From positions 62,001 to 126,000 of the forward strand of contig NIVC01000516.1 of the NCBI GenBank assembly GCA_002269645.1: a stretch of 64,000 nt of DNA, written 5' to 3'. The position numbers were made by a program, and so were the translations under genes. Source of the DNA: Macrostomum lignano (taxonomy: Eukaryota). The notes beneath the pieces were generated by a model. That model made no database searches. It was not told where the DNA came from and worked only from the letters and a program-made list of their open reading frames with translations. Positions 1 through 23,744 of the stretch are shown piece after piece. The stretch's first letter is position 1. Each line of letters begins with the position of its first letter.

Positions 1-4264
<4,264 letters not shown>

Positions 4265-4364
4265 ACAAAGTCACCAACAGCCCCCTGACTACGTATGTAC
4301 CTACCGAGAGAGACAACTCATTTTTACGTAATTTATGGATTTAATGGCGTGTTACCTCGTGTTA

Positions 4365-4660
4365 GCGGGTTGTAGCCTAGCGGTCAGAGCGTCGGACTTA
4401 TGACTGAAAGGACGTGGGTTCGATTCCCGATCCCACTCGAAATAATTGTCCTTGAGCAAGACATTTTCTTGCATTGCTTCAGTTCAGTTATCAGTTAACT
4501 AAGAAAGTTCAGGAGGCATAAGCTACTCATAGTAGTTGCAAAATTTCAGTCAGAAATATGCCTACTTGGCTTTCTGTCCCCGCGCTAACCGCGGCAACCT
4601 GTGCTTAACTTTTGGCTGATTGAGTAATCCAGGACCCTTTGGTTGTTGAAACTAATTGTT
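4365..4660 (+). mobile_element. tRNA-derived SINE with CORE-like central segment; 3' end approximate
   Basis: tRNA-like head 4365-4438 with A box TAGCCTAGCGG and B box GGTTCGATTCC and an imperfect cloverleaf. It is followed by GTCCTTGAGCAAGACATT..CTTCAGTT, resembling the MIR/CORE motif GACCTTGGGCAAGTCACTT..CTCAGTT. Confidence 0.65.
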
Positions 4661-6476
4661 TACTTTGAACAACTTATTCTTAATATACAAAAATTAAAAA
4701 TACAAAAAATGGAAATAGTAAAATCATGTCAATTTTTTTGAAATCTGTTCCACTTTCATTGGTTACTCGTATTCGCTCCTGCACAAATCTGCGCACTGCA
4801 ATTCAAGCTTACTACTTGCAGTAGCTGTACTGAATCGCAAGTAAAATTTGTGATTTTTCAGTTGAATTAAAAAATTATTTCAGGCGCTGTTGTTCAATTG
4901 CGACTGAATCTATAGCTAAATAATATCCCTATTTTTGGGAAATTTTATTGTGTTTTTAATTACTTAGATTTTTATGCATCAAGGCTCATCGCGCTGTGAC
5001 TTTGTACAGAAGTTTTATTGATTTTTTTATTTAAGATGCTTCTCGTCATCACGTGATCCTTTTTCATTTTGGATAAGAAATTGGCTTTTGATTAAAACAA
5101 AAACTTCAGATTATCATTAGGTTTGTTGAGAGCTGATTTTGTAGCCAACATGTAGTGACCTCAAGACTGATATTTGTTCTTGCGATAAACTTTTGATTTA
5201 ATTTTATGGTTGTGGAATCATCAAATTTTAAACAAAGTGGCTTCTGTACTTTCTCGTAACTCAGTTCATCCATTTTCGGACCCTCTACCGTCCTGTTTGT
5301 AAAAAAAAACAATTTTAAGAAATTGGTGTTCGCTTCACTGCCAAGCTTCTGATCTTTAATTGATTTTTAATTACGCCCTCAGCCCAGCCCACACAACCCT
5401 AAAAGCAAATTGCACTAGCACCAGCTGATGCTCGCTATTTGCCGTGAAATTGCACCGAAATTGTTGCGAAAATATCGCAGGCGGTTGCTTTTTTATTATG
5501 TTACCTTCATTAAATTGCTTCTGCAACTGGACAAAGGCCGGACCAACACATGTAAAAAGGATTTTTGTCATAAGAAATTATCGTATTATTTTTCGATAAC
5601 TTGTTTTTTGTTTCATTTTGCTTGCTTGGCGGTTCATACATTTTTTTTAATTTGAACGATTTCTCTCCGAGTTTTTTCGGGAATCTAATAAAACATGTTA
5701 ACCATGTTTTCTAAAGTAACTGGAAGCAAATTTGAATTTGCGCCAATTTTTTAAAACAAAAGATTGAATTGGGAAAGTTTGTAAATTGCAAAAAAAATTA
5801 ACTGTAAATTTATAAATCACTAAAAAACATTTTTGGCGCAAATTTGAATTGCAAATCTAGATTTACCGAACTGAAACGGATAGTGATTGATTTTCGAAAA
5901 TGTCTCCGCCTGCAGAACCATACTTCAACACATTCCTTGTTACAGGTGTACAGTCGCTAAGTTGCCTTGATGGCAAGACGTTTTAATTATAATTGTAGCT
6001 ATCTTTTTTCGGTGAATATTTTAAGATTGCCACAGCGCTGCTTAATTATGCACAGATTGCTAATCATCTTCTCTATACAAGCAATGCTATTTAGACTGAT
6101 ATTTGATGGTTCCTTAATTCTATTTCCAATAAATAATCGATGAAATATATATTTGATAAGCTATCGCTTTTAGCTGAGGTCTCTAACCATAATTAGATTT
6201 AAGCAAGCCGTTTCATTAAAGATTATAAACAGCTTTATTATTTTGTTTTATTTTAAATACAGTTACCGGTAATTTAAATTAATTTTAGCATTGCACGGTA
6301 CACACGTATATTTTAGTTAATTGAATGCTAAATAATAGAGTACACAATAAATTGTTTTTGACTCAACAACGGGAAAATCATAATCTTGCATATTTCCTTT
6401 GTTACGTCCAGATGTGTGGGGCAGTCCTACACAGTGGGAAGATAGAAACGAATTCCTTTAATTACGAGCAGGTTAA

Positions 6477-7957
<1,481 letters not shown>

Positions 7958-8072
7958 TAATCGTCAGCTGCGATGCTAATGCCCACAACACTGCCTGGTC
8001 TAGTAGCGATACTAACAGGCGCGGTGACTTACTTATTGATTTCATTAACTCCTCCTCGTTACACATTTGTAA

Positions 8073-9637
<1,565 letters not shown>

Positions 9638-9676
9638 TGAGTCGCAGCCGCGTGTACTCTGGCCGGAGACCTCAAG

Positions 9677-9816
9677 TGACGTCAGTTCTAAAAATAGAAC
9701 GAATCACGAGGTCTTGCGCGCACTGAGACCCTGCCTCGAGATCTCAAGTGACGTCAGTTCTAAAAATAGAACAAGTCACGAGGTCTTGTGCGTGGGTGTT
9801 TCCCGGCTATAAATAG
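9677..9816. promoter_or_regulatory. LTR promoter module: two copies of (CRE TGACGTCA + MEF2-type CTAAAAATAG) upstream of a TATA/MEF2-type CTATAAATAG
   Basis: TGACGTCA at 9677-9684 and 9749-9756; CTAAAAATAG at 9688-9697 and 9760-9769; CTATAAATAG at 9807-9816. Function is inferred. Confidence 0.55.
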
Positions 9817-10243
9817 GACCCCTCTCCCCTTGTTTCCGTCAAGGATTTGGCTTCTTATCTGCGGAGAATTCACTAAGATCCCGTGTGCGTCAGTGTCTAA
9901 CTAAGTGCCCTTTGAGTACTGAATCCGTTTGTACTGGTCTGACTGAGACCCCACTAAAGCCCAAGCCTAAGGGAGGCTAACACTGCCTTCCCAGCCACCC
10001 CTGAGCCCGGCGGGGATCTGCTGATCAGGACGCCTTGTTCATTAACCTGCAAATCTGCACGCTGTGCTGAGTTCGTTGACTTGTTTATTTCGTTCCGACG
10101 GGAAGCTCACCTCATCGAAGGCCGAGACCTGAAGGAACTGGTGGCAGCACTACCTACGCTACTAAGAGTTAAGAAGGCTTCTGAGTGAGAGGACGGAGCC
10201 CAAGTCACTGCGCTGTACAGCAGGACAACCACAGGTACAACAC

Positions 10244-10326
10244 TGGTGGCAGCGGTGGGATTCAAAGATCTACCAGGCCACCCCGAGAAAACCCAAACTA
10301 TTTCACTGGTGGCAGCGGTGGGATTC
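10244..10326 (+). other. Two tRNA-Leu primer-binding-site sequences TGGTGGCAGCGGTGGGATTC (10244-10263, 10307-10326)
   Basis: Reverse complement of the 3' end of eukaryotic tRNA-Leu(AAG/UAG type) including CCA (..GAATCCCACCGCTGCCACCA). Each copy is preceded by CA plus one base. Confidence 0.8.
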
Positions 10327-11725
10327 AAAGACCTACCAGGCCACCCCGAGAAAACCCCCATTCTATAACACATCCTTAGCAAACAACTCGCCTGCGGGAT
10401 GTTTGTTGACTTCGAAGGAGCGTTTGACAATGTCCTTTTCCGCTCCTTCAGAAACTCTCTTTCCCGCAGGAATGTGAGACACAGCATTGTCCGCTGGATT
10501 TATTTTATGATCCGCAATAGGTTTGCGACATCTACGCTTATGGGCGTTACCTACACCCGGGCGGTGATGAAAGGCGGCCCGCAAGGTGGCGTGCTAACTC
10601 CACTTCTTTGGAATCTCGTCATGGACGAACTTCTAACCGCTGACATTCCCAGCAGTATCACCTGGACGGGCTACGCCGATGACGTTGCCGCGGTCGTCAG
10701 CGGACCCGACCCCGCCACTCTGCGCAACCTGATGCAGCAATTCGCCGACAAGGCGGCCGACTGGGCTACGCAGCATGGCCTAAATATCAGCGTCACCAAG
10801 ACTGTCGCTGTCGTTTTCACCAAGCGCCGTGCGTGGGAGATGAAAAACCTCACTGTCTATGGCAGAAACATCCCCTTCAAGAAGGAGGTCAAATACCTCG
10901 GTGTGACGCTAACGCATGACCTGCGCTGGACGAAGCACCTTGATAACGTCATCGGTCGGGCAAAACGCTGCTTTGCCCAGCTTCGCAGAGCCATCGGGCC
11001 GACTTGGGGCCTCTCACCTAGAACGGTCCGTTGGATTTACACCGGCATCATCCGGCCCAGTATCACGTACGCGAGTCTCATCTGGACTAGCGTGCTGGAG
11101 CAGAAGACCGCCCGTCAGCGCCTGTACCAGCTTCAGGGCAGCATTTGCCGTGCCATCACAGGTGCGTACCCGTCTACCCCCTACGAGGGGCTGAACACTA
11201 TCCTTAACCTGCCTCCGCTTCACCTATTCATTAGGGCGGAGGCTATGAAGTCTGCCTCCCGGCTTATCAGAGATAAAACGTTAAATAACGCACCCTCTGG
11301 CTCTATGCCAATGAAAACATTAATCCCGCATATGGACTTTGTCCGCCGCGACCTCAACAACATCCACATGGACCTGGGCAATGTGGATAGTCGACCTCCC
11401 GCCCTCAACATCAGGAGGGGCTTCAAGACCGCCATCCCTGGCCGAGACAATATTCTGCTGGATGTCGGTGTGAACCGGCGCAGCCAGGGCATTCACTGCT
11501 TCACCGACGGCTCGCTGTTCAAAGGCCGCACTGGAGCGGGTATTGCCATTTTCCACGAGGGTAAGATGCTTTTCCAGGAAAGTCTGCACCTCGGTGAGAA
11601 CACCTCAGTTTTCCAAGCTGAAATCTGCGCCATTGAGCAGTGTGCCCAGCAACTGCTTCAGGCGAACATAAATAACTTTGACATTAATTTCTACACTGAT
11701 AGCCATGCTGCTATTAAGGCCTTAA

Positions 11726-12452
<727 letters not shown>

Positions 12453-12456
12453 TAAG

Positions 12457-12730
12457 TTCCCTCTGTGTTCTACTCCCCTCTGTGTTCTACTTCTCTCTGT
12501 TCTACTCCTCTCTGTGTTCTACTTCCCTCTCTGTTCTACTCCTCTGTGTTCTACTCCCCTCTGTGTTCTACTCCTCTCTGCTCTACTCCCATCTGTGTTC
12601 CATTCGTTCTCTTTACTCCCCACTGTGTTCTACTTTTCTCTGTGTTCTAATCCCCTCCGTGTAATACTTCCTTCTCTGTTCTAACCCCTTCGGTTCTAAC
12701 CCTTTCCCTGCTCTATTCCTCTCTGTTTTA
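12457..12730. repeat. Degenerate CT-rich minisatellite (~17-19 bp, CTACTYCYCTCTGTGTT)
   Basis: Array follows the LINE A tail; one unit lies on the 5' side of the LINE. Confidence 0.85.
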
Positions 12731-13019
12731 CTTATCCCATGCGTCTGTTCTGTTCTATTCACGCACAAAGACACAAAAATGACTTAATCCTTTCGTCATT
12801 GCAGGAACCCCTCCGAGCAGACAATTATGTGATTCCTACTGCATCTGCAGCCCTAATCTGTACCACCTGTTGCAGGCACGCAGTACTCACACAGGTGCAC
12901 TACGCTCGTAGCTGTTCGGCGTCTGATGAACTTGAGGTGAACTCTCAATACTGCGACAGTGGACTCAAAACCAGCGAAGAGAACACGGCAGTCTCATGCC
13001 CATCTTGCCGAACCTCCTG

Positions 13020-13235
13020 AGCAGGCACGCGTGAACACTGCAGACATTCACTCACACAGGGTGTACAGCCGCACAGCGGCCCTGACTTTCTCATCGTCAC
13101 ACATGTACACGTACCCGCTATGCACCTTGTGGGTTGACCCTCACGGGTGTAAATTGAACGTCAAGCCTTGTAGTTCCGTGCTAACATCCGTCCATTGGCC
13201 CCGCATTAATGTGGCTGCACACGAATGGAACCTTG
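13020..13235 (-). mobile_element. Degenerate copy of tRNA-derived SINE family S1
   Basis: Shares GGGTCAACCCACAAGG..GTGTACATG..AGGGCCGCTGT with the other copies; degenerate B box. Confidence 0.65.
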
Positions 13236-13279
13236 GTCTTTTTGATTGATTGAGCTTCATGCCCTTAGCTTCAACTATA

Positions 13280-13615
13280 TTTTAGTTAGAGGCAGGGGGC
13301 CTGTTGCGCACCCTAGCGCACTTTAAGCGACATTGTCGCACAACCGGCGAGAGGCATTGCTGCCCATTCCGCCCACTCCCCTGAGCAGGCACACAAGCGC
13401 GCGGATACGTACGCAGTCATACGCACAGGCACACACTCATACAGGAGTGTACAGCGGCCCTACTTTATTTATCGTAGGCATGTACACTTCACTGTGCCTT
13501 GGGGGTTGGCTCTCAAGGGCGTTAATTGCACGAGCAGAGCCAAGCCGAGATTCAAATTCAGCCCCAAATTAATGTGACTGCACTTGGAATCGAGCCTGGG
13601 CCGCTGGCACATCAG
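13280..13615 (-). mobile_element. SINE family S1 copy
   Basis: B box GGCTCGATTCC on the minus strand; body nearly identical to 28865-29140 and 47030-47295. Confidence 0.85.
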
Positions 13616-14342
13616 AGCTTATAACTAATCTTATAACTAACTATAACTATTTATACACATGCATATACTTTTACTTTCATTCCGTTTTTCGTCATTAAAG
13701 TCTAAGACATCATTTCTAAGTTTGCTGTAAAATATATAAAAATGGTTAGATCCCACCACTTTGCTTGACGACAACGCAGTTTACAGAGAAAAAAATCTTC
13801 AGCACCGATGGCTTTGATTTTTGCTTTTACTTTTGGTAAGAAATTGCGCAATTATTTCTCTGTGAAAAGCAGTTCCACCACCTGCCGTCTTCAGCTATTT
13901 ATCTCAATAATTCTTGTTTTATGCAGCTTTTCCAGGCAAACAAGAAAAGAAGATGATTTCCGGACACAAAGAAGTCGTGAATTCTCGCATTTTAGTTGAA
14001 GAGATTCTAAAAGCCACTGCGACTCATAGCTGATTGCGTTAAAAATTGATAAAAAGCTGTGCATGCGCTGCGCTCCGAAAAATTGCAACGACCAGCACCG
14101 GAAGAAGATCGGCCCGTATAGTAGATTTAAAATTTGCACTGAATTAAATGCATACTGACCTGCTCCTAGCGCTGCTATTTCTGACTGCCGTAGCCCCGCC
14201 GCAGTCAGCTGGCTCTTCGCTCTGGAACGACTTTGAAACGGTAACAAATGCGCGTTTAGAAACGTAATTTTTTCTAAAAATAGCATTGATTACTAACAAC
14301 TGCATATGCAGGCTTCATTCCTCCCGCGTTTGGTTCCAGACG

Positions 14343-14468
14343 ATGGACACCGAGTCCTACGACACAACGACCACTGAAGATCAGGTCGAGGCTCTTCTGC
14401 CTAAACTGAAGCCATCTGAAGAGGGCCTGAGGGGCGCCGCTGTCAGCAAGAGACGTCGTAGATACAGG
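14343..14468 (+). CDS. Candidate first coding exon (MDTESYDTT...KRRRRYR), possibly joining exon 23745
   Basis: ATG follows a pyrimidine-rich AG; GT donor at 14469 is phase 0, compatible with the acceptor at 23745. No homology support. Confidence 0.3.
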
Positions 14469-15126
14469 GTGTGCTGGCGCGTGTTCCACCCTATCGCCTG
14501 CATTGGAGTTCAGTATTTGTAATCAGCAAGGATCACCGCGGTGCAACCAAACACGGTCCAGTGCTATTAGTATCCACAGTACTGGCCGTTGGCCTGAAAA
14601 TTTAACGAACGACATTGAAATTTTTAATATGTACATCAGGGCTGCATTTTTAATAAATGCATGGGATTTAACTATATTCACAAATTAACCGGGACTCTAA
14701 CTATTCGATATAGTGTCCAATCCAAGAAATTCTAAAACAGTAATCCAATATCCAACAATAATTATTATTTGCTAATAAAATTTTTGCGCTGCATCCTAAT
14801 TGCAGCATTTAATTTCACCCTGGATATGTTAAAACCTACTAACAAAGTCAATTGCAGACGGCTCAAATTGTGTCTACTAATTTTTCCAAATTTGTGGCTA
14901 TATGACTTATGGAAATGAATACTTACTGCATCGAATCTTTTTACGAAGAATACATGTATTGTGTAAGCGAACCGGAATGGGAAATTACTTGGCATGTAAC
15001 TAGTGTTATGTAAGACGGTCTCTGACTGTTTTTATCCCGGCTGCCTTTTGGCGGCATTTCTCGGGTTGTGCGCAATCCAATTGACCTGCCCTTCGGGTAG
15101 CTCAATATCTAAGTGTCCTCACCGGA

Positions 15127-15331
15127 GCATGCAAGGCGGGTTCAGCACGCCTGTGTAGCATGAGACAGACTAGGCCTACAAGCTAAGGTCTGCGATCCTA
15201 CACACCTGCACCCCCTCTATTCTGGTGCAGGAATGGCAGGAGAACTCTCTCCAAGCTGACTCGCAAGCCGACCCAGGGGTTCACACCCCGCATGTGTTCA
15301 AGGCAGCTCTAGGGCTGCTGGACTGACTGGG
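15127..15331 (+). ncRNA. Putative HDV-like self-cleaving ribozyme at the LINE B 5' end
   Basis: Nested double pseudoknot by eye: P1 15127-32/15290-95, P2 15272-76/15327-31, P3 15277-79/15287-89, L3 TTCACAC, P4 15297-15322, J4/2 CTGA with candidate catalytic C15323. Confidence 0.65.
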
Positions 15332-15728
15332 CTCCGGCGGCGGCAACCCATCCGTGGCCTTTTGGCCAAGTTGGGTACGGGCTCCGCCCGGAAGTGAACC
15401 TGTGCGTATCAGGTACCTCTGGCCACGGCTCTGAGGAACAGGTACCACCCTCTGACCTTAACGGGGTATGCGGCTAGTCCACAGGCTCCGGAGGCAGTCC
15501 TCCTGCTTCCCTCAAGGGCCCAGTGTAGTACCGTGCTGATGGTCCTTTGGTTCGGCCTCTGGTTTTTCCAAGCCGGGCTCTTAGCCGGGGAGTTTCTCGG
15601 TTGCTAGCGGTCGGGCCGGTACGGGCTTAAGTCACCCCCCGGTCGCTAACTCTTGGCCTGGTTGTTGGGTTTGGGGTTACGGCCCAGCAGCTTCTCACCT
15701 CTAGTCCCCATTCGCCTTTCAGCGACTC

Positions 15729-19723
<3,995 letters not shown>

Positions 19724-22700
19724 CTGCCCGTGGTCGCCAGGGGTTAGCGAAATGGGCGGCAACGCCTCCTCGCTGTTTCCGGACGCACGGAGCCCCCTGC
19801 AGCTAAGTCAAGTAAGTCAAGTAAGTCCTCACTGGAGGTGATGTACACATCCAAAAAAAGATCCTCTATTTTTCTATTATTTCGGCCCTGCCAATTGGTT
19901 TAGGGGGGGGTGTACCTGGAGTGATTATGACTCTGGACTGCAGTGCGGCTAGATCGGGACTGCAGGAAAGACGACCATTCACAAAAATGTACGGTAGAGC
20001 CCAGTTGAATGCCAGCCCTGAGGCTGAGCCCCAGAATAAGGGTTCAGGTGCTCCTCTCTATTGTTTTTATTCCTTTGTGCTTTTATAAGCTTTGTGTTTT
20101 ATCCCTGGCAATTCAGCCGCCCAATCTTTAAAGTTATGAGCTCTGCCCTTCTGGTCCATCTTGCTCTCCCTTGGTCCATCAGTTGCTGGCTCCTCTGGTC
20201 TCCCTGCTTATTATGTCTTGGCTCTCATCTCTGACAGTGGATTGGTGTCCTGGGGTTGATGTTCGTCCCGAATCGGGGAATACCGGCTGAGTCCGGTGTC
20301 CCTTGCTCCATGGTGCCCCTTCTCCCACCCCTTGGCTTGGGCTTATTTGAGCTGGGTATAGTGAAAAAGCCTTGGCTTGCAGCCCTATAGGGGGAGCTTC
20401 TCGTACCTTGCCGCCTCCTGATAGGAGACTCGCCCTTGGAAAATAAGCTGTCCAGACTCGTTCCAATCTTAAAGCTATATTTCCGTAGACTTCGAGTTTC
20501 TCGCTCTCGGACCGCTTTCCAAAAAAAACTCAAAAAGTTTTTCGTTTCCAATCTTTTTGCACGCGCGCACTCGGGACTTGTCGTTGGGGCGAGGCTTGGG
20601 TGGACCATCTTTGCACCCGTCCCCCTGATTCCACTATGGGTTGGCGGTGTCTTTGTCCATGGACTTGGGGTTGTAGCGCACAATAAGGTTATTCAGCGGA
20701 GCCATGGAGTCCTAGCCCCAATCTGGGTCTCTCGGGCTTTATGCCCCTGGCAGTATAGCCCCCAATATATCCAGCGGCAGAGCCCTTCCCTAAGCTGATC
20801 TGCGGGTTGCCCACGCTTCCCACCCCGTAACAACAACAAACTAGTGTAGTGTGAAAATAATCGGTCAAATTAACTGATTCACAGGATTGGCATTGCACGC
20901 TCCTATTAGCTTTAGAACAGCAACATATATAACGGGCAGTGACGGGGCAGACAACCGGCCCGAAACTAAAACCGATCGCATGTTATTCTACATACGAATT
21001 CGTACGTTTGGGCCTGCAGCGCGTTGCTGCGCGTAACAAAATAATAAAAGCATCAACATCAGTAACCAGTCGTGAGCGAATGGCGCAGAAGGTTCCACCA
21101 TTACTCTTTTAGGCAAGATATAAAATTATATGATGACCAACGTGAGCTTTTTTCTATACATGGATTTCACGTTTTATATGTACTCGTACTACTACATGTA
21201 CTAAAATAATCTTAAATAACCGAATGCAATGCATTAAAGAAAATTTCCCTAATTATGACTCTTTCGAAATATTATACTAAGAGTTGTGCTTGAAAATGTT
21301 TGAGTTGCTATATCCTTAGAAGTAGAACTAGTCCACGAAGTGTTATTTCACCTCATTTCATAGAAAGAATTCACGAACAAGAAATTTCGACTCCGTTAGC
21401 AAACACGAGGTCTTGAAAGTGTTGTTGTTGTGCTTGAGTACTACTTTTGTTGCTTGTATTGTAGGTAGGGTCTATGCATAGCATTGTCGTGCTCTTTATT
21501 CATTGAATCAGAATATATTAGGTTATTTAACGCAAATATAAAATACTACAAAAGAATTTTCAAAGTCAAACGAATGATAAAAAATGGGTGATCTTTTACT
21601 TTCGCACAATCGCTCGTTCAATTATTTTCTTAGGCCTAGTAATTTGCTGTTCATTTAAATGTGCGCAGTATGGCGTAGATTGAAAGATTTGTTTGTAAAT
21701 TGATTCATAACTATAAACATGTTTTATTAGGGCCTATGGTATATAGCTATTTAAATAGTAGGCAATACATTTTAGGCATTATTTTTTATACTTAATGACT
21801 AATTGTTACAGGTGTGATTCTTCCTTCTTAATAATATCCCACTGCTGTTACCAAAGTTGTTACAGGCCTTTTGACTCCCTATGAGGATTCCACCGTTATG
21901 CCACCAAAAGTTGTCCTAGGGCTCTGTCTCTCTATAAAAAATCCCACCGCTAAGTCACCAAAGTTGTTACAGGGGTATTTCTTTTTACTGTTCTTACTGT
22001 TTACTTACTGGTAGCGCATGTACTTTTTACTGGTAGCATCTATACTTCTATTGTACTTTCGGGCCTGAGCGGTCTTTTTAAGCACTGTCTATCCTATTCC
22101 TATACTCTAAAGATTCAGTCCTAGGCGTTCCCGGGATCAGAGGGTCACAGTGCACTTCGCTGGGTATTCTGCCCTGAGGCAGGTTTCTCAGACTCTAAGC
22201 CTGGATTTCTCTACCCTGTGGTAGGATTTCTGCCTTTCTAAAGGCGGGTTACTAGACTTCTAAGTCTAGGATTTCTCGTTCTCTGAGAACGGACTAAGTT
22301 TCTCCCAATTTGGGGATCCTAATGCTGCTAAATAACTAAGTCAATAAGTATTAATCAAGCTTCAATTTTAGGATACTAGAACAGTTTTAAGCTTTGAAGC
22401 CATGCAACGAGGCAAGTCGGAGTTGCTCTCCTTCAGTTTTAGCTCGTGTATTTATACTCCTCTCTTAGTTCATTTTACTTTATTCATAACTTTATTCATA
22501 ACTTTAACCTTATCTCACTTTCCAGATCTCAAAAAGTCTAGATTTATGACTATCTAACTTTTGGTAACTAACAATATTACTTATTTATATTTGATATATA
22601 TCAAGTTATTAACAACCTCAATATTATATAATAATTGTTTTTTTCCTATTATCATCATTGTATATATTTAACAAAGAACAATAATGTTGATAGATATCAT

Positions 22701-23744
22701 AGTATAAATAGGCCTATTAGATGCTATTTAGGCTTAATCTTAAATCTCAAAAAAATCTCAATTATATTAAAAGTATAGATCTTGAGTTTCAAAAATCTAA
22801 AAAATATGATATCATCTAACCCCTAACTTAGCTGCAGTACAGGGCAGTCCAAAGATGCAGCAGAGAGATAGGAGTCACCCATTCCACTAAACATCATCAT
22901 CTAACCCTTAGCTTATATGCAATTGTGAATAATGATCTCCCAATTCAAATTAAAATATATTTCAAAATATTATAATTAAATGTCTTTAGCCATTAAGCCT
23001 AATTTTTACTTAAGCCTATTGTGGCTGAAACATATTAGAATAAATAATCCTATATACTAAAAATGAGTTGTCTGTGTGTATGTATGAGATAGATTAATAT
23101 TCACTATTGATAAGCAATGTATTAAACTTTAATATTTGTTAAAAATTATATAACTTAGAAATAAAAAAAAATTTCTAAGAAATTTTCTATAAAGTATGCA
23201 AGGCTACTTTAAAAGTAGTGTGCATAATCAAGTGGAAAAAATATTATTAAAACCAAAGATTTGGCTTAGAGCTAATAAAATTTATATAAAAGTATTATGC
23301 TAGAGGTCATTCAAAGACTATAATGTATAGGCTATAAATGCTATAGTGTAAAAACTCAAATGCACATTTTATAACTCTTGCTGTAACTTTTTGGGGTGTC
23401 ATCCTAATATTTTCTTTATAAGTAGATAACAAGTATATATTTTTATGCACATAGATTTCATTATAGAAATAATAACTTTTATAGCTATGTTACATAGTTT
23501 ATTTAAACCTAGACCTGGTTTCCTATTTTTTTAAAGTGCCCCAGATTATTGAATTTACATGTTTTATGTGACTTGTTTATGCACTTATTAGTACACACAA
23601 AGAAAGTATGCCTACACTAAGAAAGTACATCTGCACTAAAAGTATGTCTGTTCTAAGTAAGTACACTTGCACTAAGAAAGTAAACTTGCACTAAGAAAGT
23701 ACACATGCACTAAGCAAGTATGCCTGCACCAATGCATTTTGCAG

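Noticed and set aside
4365-4438. Functional tRNA-Ile(UAU) gene
   Set aside because: Anticodon and acceptor stems pair poorly, there is no T-run terminator, and a SINE-like body follows.
12915-12960. Hammerhead ribozyme (CTGATGA followed by a TTGAG/CTCAA hairpin)
   Set aside because: The GAAA core after stem II is missing. Other CTGATGA hits (about 49380 minus strand, 51093, 60585) also lack a valid stem II plus GAAA.
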